This document shows positions 8,507-17,656 of a DNA stretch of 64,000 nucleotides, piece by piece. This DNA comes from Nitrospinales bacterium (GTDB lineage: Bacteria; Nitrospinota; Nitrospinia; Nitrospinales; VA-1). The stretch lies in the NCBI GenBank assembly GCA_965223795.1, contig CBDCXL010000002.1:608001-672000 (forward strand). The letters run 5' to 3'. The notes under the pieces were generated by a model that did not search any database, was not told the origin of the DNA, and saw only the letters and a program-made list of their open reading frames with translations. Each line of letters starts with the position of its first letter. Position 1 is the stretch's first letter. The position numbers were made by a program, and so were the translations under genes.

Positions 8507-10345
8507 CTACATCATCACTTCCGGGGCCAGCTCGCGGTGGTCTTCGGTCTGGTTCTTGACGTAGATGTCGGGCAGGTTGTTGGTGCCGAAGTGGGTGATG
8601 TACAGGTAGACGTGCTCGCGGGCGTTGATCCTCAGCGCCCAGGGGCCGAAGTCGTTCTGGTAGAAGCTTTCGTAACGCTTCATCGCCTCTTCGGTGGTCT
8701 GGCCGGATTCGGGGGTGTAGTAGTAATCCAGCGCCAGGTCGTGCTCGGGGATTTCCTTCACGTTGATTTTGTACTCATCGGCGGCGTTGAAGATCGGCGC
8801 GTTGTTGTACAGGACGAAGAAGTACATCTCCACCGAATGGATGATGTCCTGGTGGTCGAGGAGAAACCGGCGGGTGTCCTCGGCCTCTTCGGGCGTCTCG
8901 CTGGGAAAGCCGTAAAAGCCCATGACGTGGCTCCATATGCCCACGCGCCGCGCCTCGTTGAGATTCTTGATCGCCGCCTGTATATCCGTATCCTTTTTGA
9001 CCAGCTTGATGATGCGCTCGTTGGCGGACTCCAGGCCGAAATACAGCGAACGGCAGCCGGACTCGGCGGCCTTGTCCCACAACTCGGGCTCCAGCAGGCT
9101 CGATTCGAATCGGATGAGCGTGGTCCAGTAGATGTCGAGCTTGGCCTCGATCATCATGGGCGGCAGCTTGACGAACAGCGCCGGCGGGAACGACTCGTCG
9201 GTGAACAGAAAGTGTTTGGCCTGATATTTGTCGCGCAGCTCGGCCAGCTCGCGCACGATCTGGTCGGCGTGCTTGGCGCGGAACTGATCGATGTAACCCG
9301 CGCCGTGATCGCAGAAGGTGCATTTGCCCCAGTAGCAGCCGCGCGTGCCCAGGTAGGGGACGATTTTTTCCGGGGCGAAGTACTTGTCCCAGGGCAGCCC
9401 GTCGAAATCGGGGATGGGCAGCTCGCTCACGCGTTCCTGATGCAATTCGTTGACGTGCAACTGACCGGCCTCATCCTTGTAGATGAGGTTGGGCACTTCG
9501 GATATGGGCCTTCTTCCGGACAACGCCTCGACCAGCCGCACCATCGCGTGCTCGCCTTCGTAGGTGATCATGGAATCGAAGGCGCTGCCCCAGAACTCTT
9601 CACGTTTGGGCAGCTGATCCTTGAGCCGGGTGACGACATTGCCTCCCACCGTCACGTGAATGTGCGGGTAGTGTTTCTTGATGAGGGTGGAAAACGTGAT
9701 GCCGGACATGAGCTGCACCGGCGTGCCGATGGAGATGCCGATGACGTCGGGCTTCTCATTCTCGAGGTACTGGAACACCAGCTGGCGGCAGACGTCGGCG
9801 TAGACGTTCACCTTGTCGTCGTGCGGCGCTTTCAAGAGATCCGCGGACACCCAGGGCCGGTAGACGTTGAGATTGCTCTCGACGGGATAGAATTGCACGC
9901 TCGCCGGGAAATAGGCCACGGAGATGTATTCCATGACTTCGCGGAAGGCGTTGAGCGCCCATTCGGCCTTGTCGATTTCGTAGAATTCCTCGGTGCGCAT
10001 GATGACCTTGGCGCGCTCCACTTTCTGGATGTGGTGCTCAAGATCGATGCGGGTGTAGTCCTTCAGCATGCGCAGCAGATCGGTCTCCTGGTCTGTGAGA
10101 CCGGTCCACTTTTTCGCGTTGAGCTCCTTGATCTGGTTGCGGATGCGCCCGGCAACGAACTCCAGATAATTGCGGGAAAAAAAGTGGTCGTACATCTCGA
10201 CGTTGACGTCTTTCTGCACAACTTCGATGCCGTTCTGCCTGAGCACGGCGGTGAGGCTGGGCAGGGCCAGGTAAGGCGCTGTGGGAACCCATTCCGGGGG
10301 GAACAGCAGCATGACTTTTTTCAAGGGCTGCGGGTTTTGCGTCAC
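8507..10345 (-). CDS. B12-binding-domain radical SAM protein
   Basis: N-terminal FPP..PYLALPSL, B12-domain-like VTVGGN, RGCYWGKCTFC (CxxxCxxC), FTDE, GLES. Confidence 0.9.
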   Translation of the reverse strand: MTQNPQPLKKVMLLFPPEWVPTAPYLALPSLTAVLRQNGIEVVQKDVNVEMYDHFFSRNYLEFVAGRIRNQIKELNAKKWTGLTDQETDLLRMLKDYTRIDLEHHIQKVERAKVIMRTEEFYEIDKAEWALNAFREVMEYISVAYFPASVQFYPVESNLNVYRPWVSADLLKAPHDDKVNVYADVCRQLVFQYLENEKPDVIGISIGTPVQLMSGITFSTLIKKHYPHIHVTVGGNVVTRLKDQLPKREEFWGSAFDSMITYEGEHAMVRLVEALSGRRPISEVPNLIYKDEAGQLHVNELHQERVSELPIPDFDGLPWDKYFAPEKIVPYLGTRGCYWGKCTFCDHGAGYIDQFRAKHADQIVRELAELRDKYQAKHFLFTDESFPPALFVKLPPMMIEAKLDIYWTTLIRFESSLLEPELWDKAAESGCRSLYFGLESANERIIKLVKKDTDIQAAIKNLNEARRVGIWSHVMGFYGFPSETPEEAEDTRRFLLDHQDIIHSVEMYFFVLYNNAPIFNAADEYKINVKEIPEHDLALDYYYTPESGQTTEEAMKRYESFYQNDFGPWALRINAREHVYLYITHFGTNNLPDIYVKNQTEDHRELAPEVMM

Positions 10346-10706
10346 GGTTTCACCTGTCTGCGGAATCGCCGGGGCCGCGCTGAAAAGCGCACGGCTTGCT
10401 GAGCCAGCCTGTTGATCGAGCTGCTATGGTATCATATCCCTATCATGTGGAAAACGCCGATCGAAACCGGGTTCGCGGGAAGGATGTTTCGCATCCCGGT
10501 GGAGGCAAAGGCTTTCAATTCCCCGGCGTTCGGTTCGATTCTCCGGGTTTTTTGTGGGAATCGCCGGGGGGGCGTGCTACCATTTGTTTCTGCGTAAACC
10601 ATTGATGCCCGGCGGCCCCTGCTGCCAAAGCAAAGGGACGCGCGAGCGGGCACAGCCTGCCGGATCCCTGATCGGGTCCGGCCGATTTGGGGAGTCACAT
10701 TGGGGA

Positions 10707-11207
10707 ATGGAAATTCAAGAAACCAGCACAGAGAACAAAGCCAAGATTCTTCTCGATGAAGCAAATTTAGCATTTTGTGAAGCGGCTGAACGTAAGGACA
10801 GCCCCAACGAACGGAACGTTGACGGCTCGGCCTGGGACCACGGCAAGATGGACGGCGAGTTCGACGAAGAGGATTATCAGAAAATCCTGGAAATGCAGCT
10901 GCGTTCGGCGCAGATCTGCGACGCGCAGCCGGAGCTGGAAGCCAAATCCGAGGAGATGTTCAAATCGGTGACGCCGGAAAACGCCGAAGAGGTGCTCAAG
11001 GACCTGATGGCCGATCCGGGCCTTAAGGAGCTTGGGGAAATCGCGGTCAAGATCTTCATCCTGCGCTTCCCGACGGTGCAGTCGTTCGTCAACAAGGGGC
11101 ATCCGCTGGTGCTCGCGATGGACGAGTACATGCTGGAAAACTCCAACGCGCAGAACTGGTACGATTACCGGAACATCGCCGAAGAATACGGCTGGGCGAT
11201 CAAATGA
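10707..11207 (+). CDS. Hypothetical acidic protein
   Basis: ORF from ATG 10707 (MEIQETS...) with purine-rich upstream sequence and typical codon use. Confidence 0.75.
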   Translation: MEIQETSTENKAKILLDEANLAFCEAAERKDSPNERNVDGSAWDHGKMDGEFDEEDYQKILEMQLRSAQICDAQPELEAKSEEMFKSVTPENAEEVLKDLMADPGLKELGEIAVKIFILRFPTVQSFVNKGHPLVLAMDEYMLENSNAQNWYDYRNIAEEYGWAIK

Positions 11208-11280
11208 GGTCTTTCCATCCCGGCGCGCACGCCTGAGATGCGCCCGCCTGCGGACGGAAACCCAACACAGGCATCCTGCC

Positions 11281-12603
11281 ATGCAGTTTCGCTACAAACT
11301 CGCGAAAGAAACGTTCAAGAATAAAAAGATCCCGCCTAAAAAGGCGCCGGGAGAGGACAACATTTCCGCCGATCAGCGCGGCAACGACGCCTCGATCGAC
11401 GGCAAGCTGTTGAGCCTGGACAAGGACACCAAGCTGGACCGCTCCGAACCGGCAAAACCCGCGACCTCCAGGGAAGTGTCGCGGCGGGACCTGTTCTCGT
11501 TCGGGCGGCTGACCGATTTCGCCGAAGCGGTGGAGGAAGGCGAACAAGCCCTGCCGAAAAAGAAAAAAGCGCAAGCGCCCGAAGAGGAAACCTCCGAAAC
11601 AAAATCCGCGGAAGCGCCTGTGGAAACGGCGGAGAGCGAAGCGGCGGCAGCCGAAGCGGCGCCGAAAAAGAATTTTTTCCGCCGCATGATCGGAAAGTTC
11701 AAAGCCGAACCGGAAGACGAAATAGAATCCACATCCGCCGCGCCCGGCGAGGAAACTTCGCTAACCGATGAGGCGGAGGCCAACGCCGGAGCGGAAGCGG
11801 CCGCCGGGCACACCGCATCCCCGGAGCCCGCTGCGCCCAACCCTTTCGAGCTTTCCGAGGACGAAGAGGTCGACCCGGAGTACAGCCGCCGCAACCTGCT
11901 GCGCCAGGGCGTGCACTTTTTCGCCAAGCCGGCGGTGGAGAAGGTGCAGAGCAAGATCGACCGGGTCAACGAGACGGTCGACAAGATCACCAAGCGGGTG
12001 CCGCTCATCCGCCCGCCGGGGGCGATTTCCGAGCGCAAGTTTTTGCAGGCCTGCACGCGCTGCGACGAGTGCATCCACGCCTGTCCCAAGGACGCGATCC
12101 AGCGGGCGCCCAAGAAAATGGGGTTCCTCATCGCGGGCACGCCCTACATCGATCCGAAAAAGATCCCCTGCGTGATGTGCGACGATCTGCCCTGCATCCC
12201 CGCCTGCCCGGACGGGGCGCTGGTGATGCCGGAGAGCCGCAGCCGCGAAGACGTCAAAATGGGCTATGCCATTCTGGACAAGGCGAAATGCCAGGCCTAC
12301 GGCGACACGTTCTGCCAGCAGTGCGTGATCGACTGCCCGATCCCCGGCGCCATCAGCCAGGTGGACCAGAAACCGGTGATCCACAAGAACGCCTGCACCG
12401 GCTGCGGCGTGTGCGTGCTCTCGTGCAGCACGGTCAACATCCCGCTGGCGATCAAGATCAAGCCGCAGATGGTGATCGAAAGCCAGCTGCGCAAGAAACG
12501 GCTGGAGCAGGAAAAGGCCCGCCTCGCCGCCGAACGGGAGGCCGAGGAAAAAGCCGCCCAGGAGGCGCAAGCGCAGGAACCGGCGGAAAGCGCCGGCGAG
12601 TGA
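11281..12603 (+). CDS. MauM/NapG-family multi-[4Fe-4S] ferredoxin with a long acidic N-terminal extension
   Basis: LIRPPGA..E..FL..CTRCDECIHACP, CVMCDDLPCIPACP, CQQCVIDCP, CTGCGVCVLSC. Confidence 0.88.
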   Translation: MQFRYKLAKETFKNKKIPPKKAPGEDNISADQRGNDASIDGKLLSLDKDTKLDRSEPAKPATSREVSRRDLFSFGRLTDFAEAVEEGEQALPKKKKAQAPEEETSETKSAEAPVETAESEAAAAEAAPKKNFFRRMIGKFKAEPEDEIESTSAAPGEETSLTDEAEANAGAEAAAGHTASPEPAAPNPFELSEDEEVDPEYSRRNLLRQGVHFFAKPAVEKVQSKIDRVNETVDKITKRVPLIRPPGAISERKFLQACTRCDECIHACPKDAIQRAPKKMGFLIAGTPYIDPKKIPCVMCDDLPCIPACPDGALVMPESRSREDVKMGYAILDKAKCQAYGDTFCQQCVIDCPIPGAISQVDQKPVIHKNACTGCGVCVLSCSTVNIPLAIKIKPQMVIESQLRKKRLEQEKARLAAEREAEEKAAQEAQAQEPAESAGE

Positions 12604-12828
12604 CCCTGCAGCGTGCGGTTCCGCGCCCCGAATCCCGGCTCCCCACCGCCCTTCACCCGCACAATTTGCCTTGCAAGTTAAAACCGTTTTCAGTATTTTG
12701 GCCCCCTCCCCTCCGCAATTTGGGGGGACGTCCGGCCCGCGGAGGCAACCTGCGCGCGCCGCAGGACTCCATTCCAACCCGAAATACATGATGACCGAAT
12801 TTTGCAATCCTCACCGGAACCGCGCTTG

Positions 12829-14604
12829 ATGACATCCAGCATTCGACGCACCCACAACTGCGGGGAACTATCAGAACAGAACATCGACCAGGAGGTCACC
12901 ATCTGCGGCTGGGTGCACACCCGGCGCGACCACGGCGGGCTGATCTTCATCGACCTTTGGGACAAGCAGGGCATCACGCAGGTGGTGCTGAACCCGCAGA
13001 TCGACAAGCTGGCGCACCAGCATGCGCAGGACCTGCGCGGCAATTTCGTGATCGCGGTGCACGGCAAGGTGCGCCTGCGGCCTGAGGGGATGGTGAATAC
13101 GAAGCTGGCTACGGGCAAGATCGAAGTGTACGTGGACGATCTCAACATCCTCAACGAATCGAAGACGCCGCCGTTTTCGGTGTGGGACAATCCGGACGTT
13201 TCCGAAGCGCTCAGGCTCAAGCACCGCTACCTCGACCTGCGCGGCGAGACGCTGCAGCACAATCTGAAAACGCGCTACCAGATCACGCGCACGGCGAGAA
13301 ACGTGCTGGACGCGCACGGCTTCACGGAAGTGGAGACGCCCATTCTGACCAAAAGCACGCCGGAGGGCGCGCGCGACTACCTTGTGCCGAGCCGCCTCAA
13401 CCCGGAAAAATTCTACGCCCTGCCACAGTCGCCGCAGCTGTTCAAGCAGATCCTGATGGTGTCGGGCATGGACCGGTATTTCCAGATCGTCAAATGCTTC
13501 CGCGACGAAGATCTCAGACAGGACCGGCAGCCGGAGTTCACGCAGATCGACGTGGAGGCGTCGTTCATCGACGAGCCGCAACTGTTCGGGATGGTGGAGA
13601 CCCTGATGGCGGCGGTGTACAAAGACACGCTGGGGATCGAAATCGAAACGCCGTTTCCCATCCTCAAATACCAGGACGCGATCGACCGCTACGGCACGGA
13701 CAAGCCGGACCTGCGCTTCGGGCTTGAGATCGTCGATCTCGGTGATCTGCTTGCGGGCGTCGGCTTCAAGGTGTTCGCGCAGGCGCTGAAGGACGGCGGC
13801 CAGGTGCGGGCCATCAATCTCAAGAACAGCGCCGAGGCGCTGTCGCGCAAGGCGCTCGACGACCTCACCGAGGTGGCCAAGACCTACGGCGCGAAGGGCA
13901 TGGCCTGGATCAAGATCCAGCAGGACGATCTGCAGTCGCCGATCATCAAATTTTTCGAGAAGGACACGCTGGACGCGCTGATCGCAAAGATGCAGGGCGA
14001 GACGGGAGACACGCTGGTGTTCATCGCCGACACGCCGAAGATCGTCGCCGACGCGCTGGCGCACATCCGGCTGGCGGCGGGCAAGCAGCTCGGCCTCATC
14101 GACCCATCGCTGAACCGTTTCGCCTGGGTGACGGAGTTTCCGCTGCTGGAATACGACGAGGAGGAAAAACGCTACGTCGCCATGCACCATCCGTTCACGG
14201 CGCCGCTCGATGAAGATCTGGACAAGCTGGAAAGCGATCCGGGCCAGATCCGCGCGCGCGCCTACGATCTGGTCCTAAACGGCAACGAGATCGGCGGCGG
14301 CAGCATCCGTATCCACCAGAAAACCGTGCAGGACAAGATGTTCCAACTGCTCGGCATCGACGAGGAGGAAGCGGCGCTCAAGTTCGGCTTCCTGCTCGAC
14401 GCGCTGCAGTACGGCGCGCCGCCGCACGGCGGCATCGCCTTCGGGCTCGACCGCATCGCCATGCTGGTGGTGGGCGCAGACTCGATCCGCGACGTGATCG
14501 CCTTCCCCAAAACCCAGAAAGCCACCTGCCTGATGACCCAGGCCCCCTCCGAAGTGGACAAAAAACAGCTCCGGGAATTGAAGCTCAAGTTCGACCTTTC
14601 CTGA
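12829..14604 (+). CDS. aspS: Aspartyl-tRNA synthetase (probably non-discriminating)
   Basis: RTHNCGEL, RRDHGGLIF, STPEGARDYLVPSR, LPQSPQLFKQ, FRDEDLR, PPHGGIAFGLDR, IAFPKTQ. Confidence 0.98.
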   Translation: MTSSIRRTHNCGELSEQNIDQEVTICGWVHTRRDHGGLIFIDLWDKQGITQVVLNPQIDKLAHQHAQDLRGNFVIAVHGKVRLRPEGMVNTKLATGKIEVYVDDLNILNESKTPPFSVWDNPDVSEALRLKHRYLDLRGETLQHNLKTRYQITRTARNVLDAHGFTEVETPILTKSTPEGARDYLVPSRLNPEKFYALPQSPQLFKQILMVSGMDRYFQIVKCFRDEDLRQDRQPEFTQIDVEASFIDEPQLFGMVETLMAAVYKDTLGIEIETPFPILKYQDAIDRYGTDKPDLRFGLEIVDLGDLLAGVGFKVFAQALKDGGQVRAINLKNSAEALSRKALDDLTEVAKTYGAKGMAWIKIQQDDLQSPIIKFFEKDTLDALIAKMQGETGDTLVFIADTPKIVADALAHIRLAAGKQLGLIDPSLNRFAWVTEFPLLEYDEEEKRYVAMHHPFTAPLDEDLDKLESDPGQIRARAYDLVLNGNEIGGGSIRIHQKTVQDKMFQLLGIDEEEAALKFGFLLDALQYGAPPHGGIAFGLDRIAMLVVGADSIRDVIAFPKTQKATCLMTQAPSEVDKKQLRELKLKFDLS

Positions 14605-14730
14605 TCACCCCCCCTACTGCTTCAATCAGTGCAGTTTTCATTTTCAGCATCGACATGCATCGATTTGAAGCGATTCAGTGGGGTTTCAATGAAAATGTCT
14701 CTATTATTTAACCCATTGATTCTTATTTAA

Positions 14731-14759
14731 TTGACTTCCCGCCCCATTGAGCGGATTCT
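14731..14759 (+). promoter_or_regulatory. Putative sigma70 promoter of the small peptide gene, with an IHF-consensus site just upstream
   Basis: TTGACT-N17-GATTCT; AATCAATGGGTTA (WATCAA-N4-TTR) on the minus strand at 14709-14721. Confidence 0.45.
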
Positions 14760-14859
14760 GGTTCCAGCCTACCTTACCCCACCTTGGCTTCCACCCGCAT
14801 AGCAGGGAAAAGTAAAGTCGCGCACGCACTTAACCTTTTTACCCGGAAAAGGAGGAAGC

Positions 14860-14922
14860 ATGGAAATCCTGGCATTGACCATGATCGCTCTCGTCGCCCT
14901 GGTTGGCGGCCTGAACAACTAG
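14860..14922 (+). CDS. Small hydrophobic peptide MEILALTMIALVALVGGLNN (20 aa)
   Basis: Strong SD AAGGAGG 4 nt before ATG, single hydrophobic helix, tandem TAG TAG stops; below the ORF-track size cutoff. Confidence 0.6.
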   Translation: MEILALTMIALVALVGGLNN

Positions 14923-15186
14923 TAGAAGATCGGAACACCCAGCAAGAGACGATGAATCGATATTGCTGACGCGTCAGTCCTCTTCCCGGATCTGCCTTGT
15001 TATCCGTGTTCATTCATACGTCAGGGGTTTGTCTTTTTGAGGTTGAACGACCGGAGACGGTCGAGAGAAAGCGGGATCACTTCTCCACGATGTCTTTTTT
15101 CAGGCTCTCGACAAATCCGGCGACTTGGGATTTTTCCCGATCGGGCACGTTGAAATGATCGAGGGAATTCGACGCGTGTGGGCGGT

Positions 15187-15576
15187 GGGGTGTCGAAGCA
15201 AACCGTAAGCCGGGTTCTGTTCTCCATCGAGATGGAGCGATGGTCATCAATCTAGGCCTGCCGTTGCCGGCAGGCTCGAGCGATCTACCCGAAAGTATCG
15301 GACGGGCCGCCCTCGAACACTTTCCTATTCGATCTTGCTCCGGATAGGGTTTGCCCTGCCACCGCTGTCGCCAGCGGCGCGGTGAGCTCTTACCTCACCT
15401 TTTCACCTTTGCCGCCGGCGGGCGAACCCGCCGGGTGGGCCGTGTGTTTTCTGCGGCACTTTCCTTGAGGTCACCCTCACTCCGCGTTACGGAGTATCCT
15501 GCCCTGTGGAGCCCGGACTTTCCTCCCTCCCGGCATGACGCCGGGACGGCGACCATCTGGTTTGCTTCGACACCCC
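15187..15576 (-). ncRNA. rnpB: RNase P RNA (bacterial class A)
   Basis: Minus strand GAGGAAAGTCCGGGCTCC, AAAGTGCCGCAGAAAA, GGTGAAAAGGTGAGGTAAGAGC, GGCAAACCC, ACAGAACCCGGCTTA; terminal P1 GGGGTGTCGAAGCAAACC pairs with GGTTTGCTTCGACACCCC. Confidence 0.97.
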
Positions 15577-15620
15577 GTCCCACGGGGTGGGAACAGGTCC
15601 CACGTTCCTATTCCAATCGT

Positions 15621-15649
15621 ATTTTACCAGCATGCAGCCGGAGTTTGAA
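15621..15649 (-). promoter_or_regulatory. Putative rnpB promoter
   Basis: Minus strand TTCAAA-N17-TAAAAT with a TGn extended -10. Confidence 0.5.
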
Positions 15650-15714
15650 ATCTCAGCGCACCTCAACATCCTTGAACAATCAACTGTTGGGAAATTCAGC
15701 GGGTTTGCGAACGC

Positions 15715-16455
15715 TCAGGATTGCAGCGGTTCTGCGGCCTCGGCTTCGGGCTTGGGGATGAAGTACAGAAACCGGGAGCACTGGGAGCACTGGTGGATGA
15801 TCTCTCCCTTGCGGATGTCGACCACCATCTGCGGCAGGATCTGTTGGAAACAGCCCTGGCACACGCTGTCCTGCATGGGCACCACGGCCCTGCCCTCCCG
15901 GGCCTTGAGCACCTTCTCGTAGCTTCTGGCCCATTGGGGCTCAATGGTTCCTATCCGTTCCGTCCGCTTTGCGATCAGGGTCTCGAGATCCCGCTTCGCC
16001 CGTTCGGCCTCGGCTTCCTTTTTGGCCTTGTACGCGTTGTATTCCGCCTGTTCCTCCTTGAACCGGGCGTCGATGCCGGGCAGCTCTTTTTCCTTTTCCT
16101 CGAGGGTCTCCATGATCGCCAGTTCCTCGTCTTCGAAGCGGGCGATCTTCACCTTGACGGCATCCACTTCCGACAGGATGGCGCTGTACTCCTTGTTGGT
16201 CTTGACGGTGGGGAGCTTCTGCTTGGTCCTGGCCATGTGGTCGTGTTCGGCCTGCACGTCCATTTCCAGCTGGTGGCGTTTCTTCTTCAACTCGTCGATC
16301 ACATCGTGAGCCTGTTTCTGCTCCTCCTCGATCTTGCGCATGCCCGCCTGCGCGGACTCCAGCTGGCCGGGGATGCGGGCGATGGCACCCTGGCACTCGG
16401 CGATTTCCCGGTCGATTTCCTGCAGTTCGATGAGATGTTTGAGCTGGACGTTCAT
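15715..16455 (-). CDS. Coiled-coil C4-type zinc-ribbon protein (DUF164 family)
   Basis: LIELQEID, long coiled coil, CQGC...CSQCSRFLY; this family often lies next to rnpB. Confidence 0.92.
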   Translation of the reverse strand: MNVQLKHLIELQEIDREIAECQGAIARIPGQLESAQAGMRKIEEEQKQAHDVIDELKKKRHQLEMDVQAEHDHMARTKQKLPTVKTNKEYSAILSEVDAVKVKIARFEDEELAIMETLEEKEKELPGIDARFKEEQAEYNAYKAKKEAEAERAKRDLETLIAKRTERIGTIEPQWARSYEKVLKAREGRAVVPMQDSVCQGCFQQILPQMVVDIRKGEIIHQCSQCSRFLYFIPKPEAEAAEPLQS

Positions 16456-16665
16456 TCGGCTCTCGAGGGCGTTTTCGATGCCGCATCCCGGTATTTCGAA
16501 CTCTTTCTCCATCTCTGGAGCCGGGAAGCGGTTGCGTGGAACGCCTGAAAATGTAGCACGGGCCCCTCCGGCATTGCAAATATTAAGCCCCCAAATCCGC
16601 AAGGACTCCGGCGCCCGGCCGCGGGAACGCGGCGCGCGGCAAGGCGTTGCGACGGATATCCGGTG

Positions 16666-17577
16666 TCAGGCGTGCTTTTTTTTGGCTTTGAACTTGGTTT
16701 CCCAATAGAGCAGGAACACGCTGGCGATGAAGATCGAGGAATAGGTGCCCACCAGGACGCCGATGAGCAGCGCGAAGGAGAAATCGTGGATGATCTCGCC
16801 GCCCAGGAAAAACAGCGCCATCACCACGAGCAGCGTGGTGCCGGAGGTCAGCAGGGTGCGGCTCAGGGTCTGGTTGACGCTCATGTTGATGAGGTCGAAC
16901 AGCGACATCTTGCCCTTGCGGCGGTAGTTCTCGCGGATGCGGTCGAACACCACGATGGTGTCGTTCAAGGAATAACCGATGATGGTGAGAAACGCCGCCA
17001 CGATGACGAGGGTGAACTCCTTGTCGGTGACGGAAAATGCGCCCATGGTGATCATCACGTCGTGGATCAGGGCGATGATGGCGGCGATGGCGTACTGGAA
17101 CTCGAAACGCCAGGAAATGTAGATGACGATGCCGATGACCGCGTACACGATGGAGAGCAGCGCTTTCTTTCTGAGGTCCTTGCCGACTTTCGGCCCGACC
17201 ATCTCCACGCGCTCCACCGAGATGTCGTCGAGGTTGAAGTGGTCCTTGAGACTGTCCTTGACGTCGGCGCCGATCGCCTGCAGCTTTTCCTCGGAACTTT
17301 TCACGCGGATGAGGATGTCGTTTTTGGTACCGAACTCCTGAATGGTGCTGTCGCCCAGGTTGATGGTCTTGAGGCCTTCGCGGATGTCGTCGATGGCGGG
17401 CGGGTTCTTGAACTTGAGCTGCACCAGCGTGCCGCCGGCGAAGTCGATCCCGTAGCGCAGTCCTCCGTGCATGATGATGGAGACGATGCCGAGCAGAATC
17501 AGGATTCCGGACAGCACCAGGGTGATGCGGATCTTGCCCATGAAGTCGAAATGGGTCTGGCGTTTGAATATTTCCAT
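16666..17577 (-). CDS. secF: Protein translocase subunit SecF
   Basis: GIDFAGGT, VGPKVG, IGYSLNDTIVVFDRIRE, TLSRT, GTYSSIFIA. Confidence 0.98.
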   Translation of the reverse strand: MEIFKRQTHFDFMGKIRITLVLSGILILLGIVSIIMHGGLRYGIDFAGGTLVQLKFKNPPAIDDIREGLKTINLGDSTIQEFGTKNDILIRVKSSEEKLQAIGADVKDSLKDHFNLDDISVERVEMVGPKVGKDLRKKALLSIVYAVIGIVIYISWRFEFQYAIAAIIALIHDVMITMGAFSVTDKEFTLVIVAAFLTIIGYSLNDTIVVFDRIRENYRRKGKMSLFDLINMSVNQTLSRTLLTSGTTLLVVMALFFLGGEIIHDFSFALLIGVLVGTYSSIFIASVFLLYWETKFKAKKKHA

Positions 17578-17656
17578 AGATCAGGTGCGTTCCGCCGAAT
17601 GCGCGCGGGATTCGCGGCGCGGGGTTTTCAATTTGTGTTCGGGTTGCGGCATGGCG

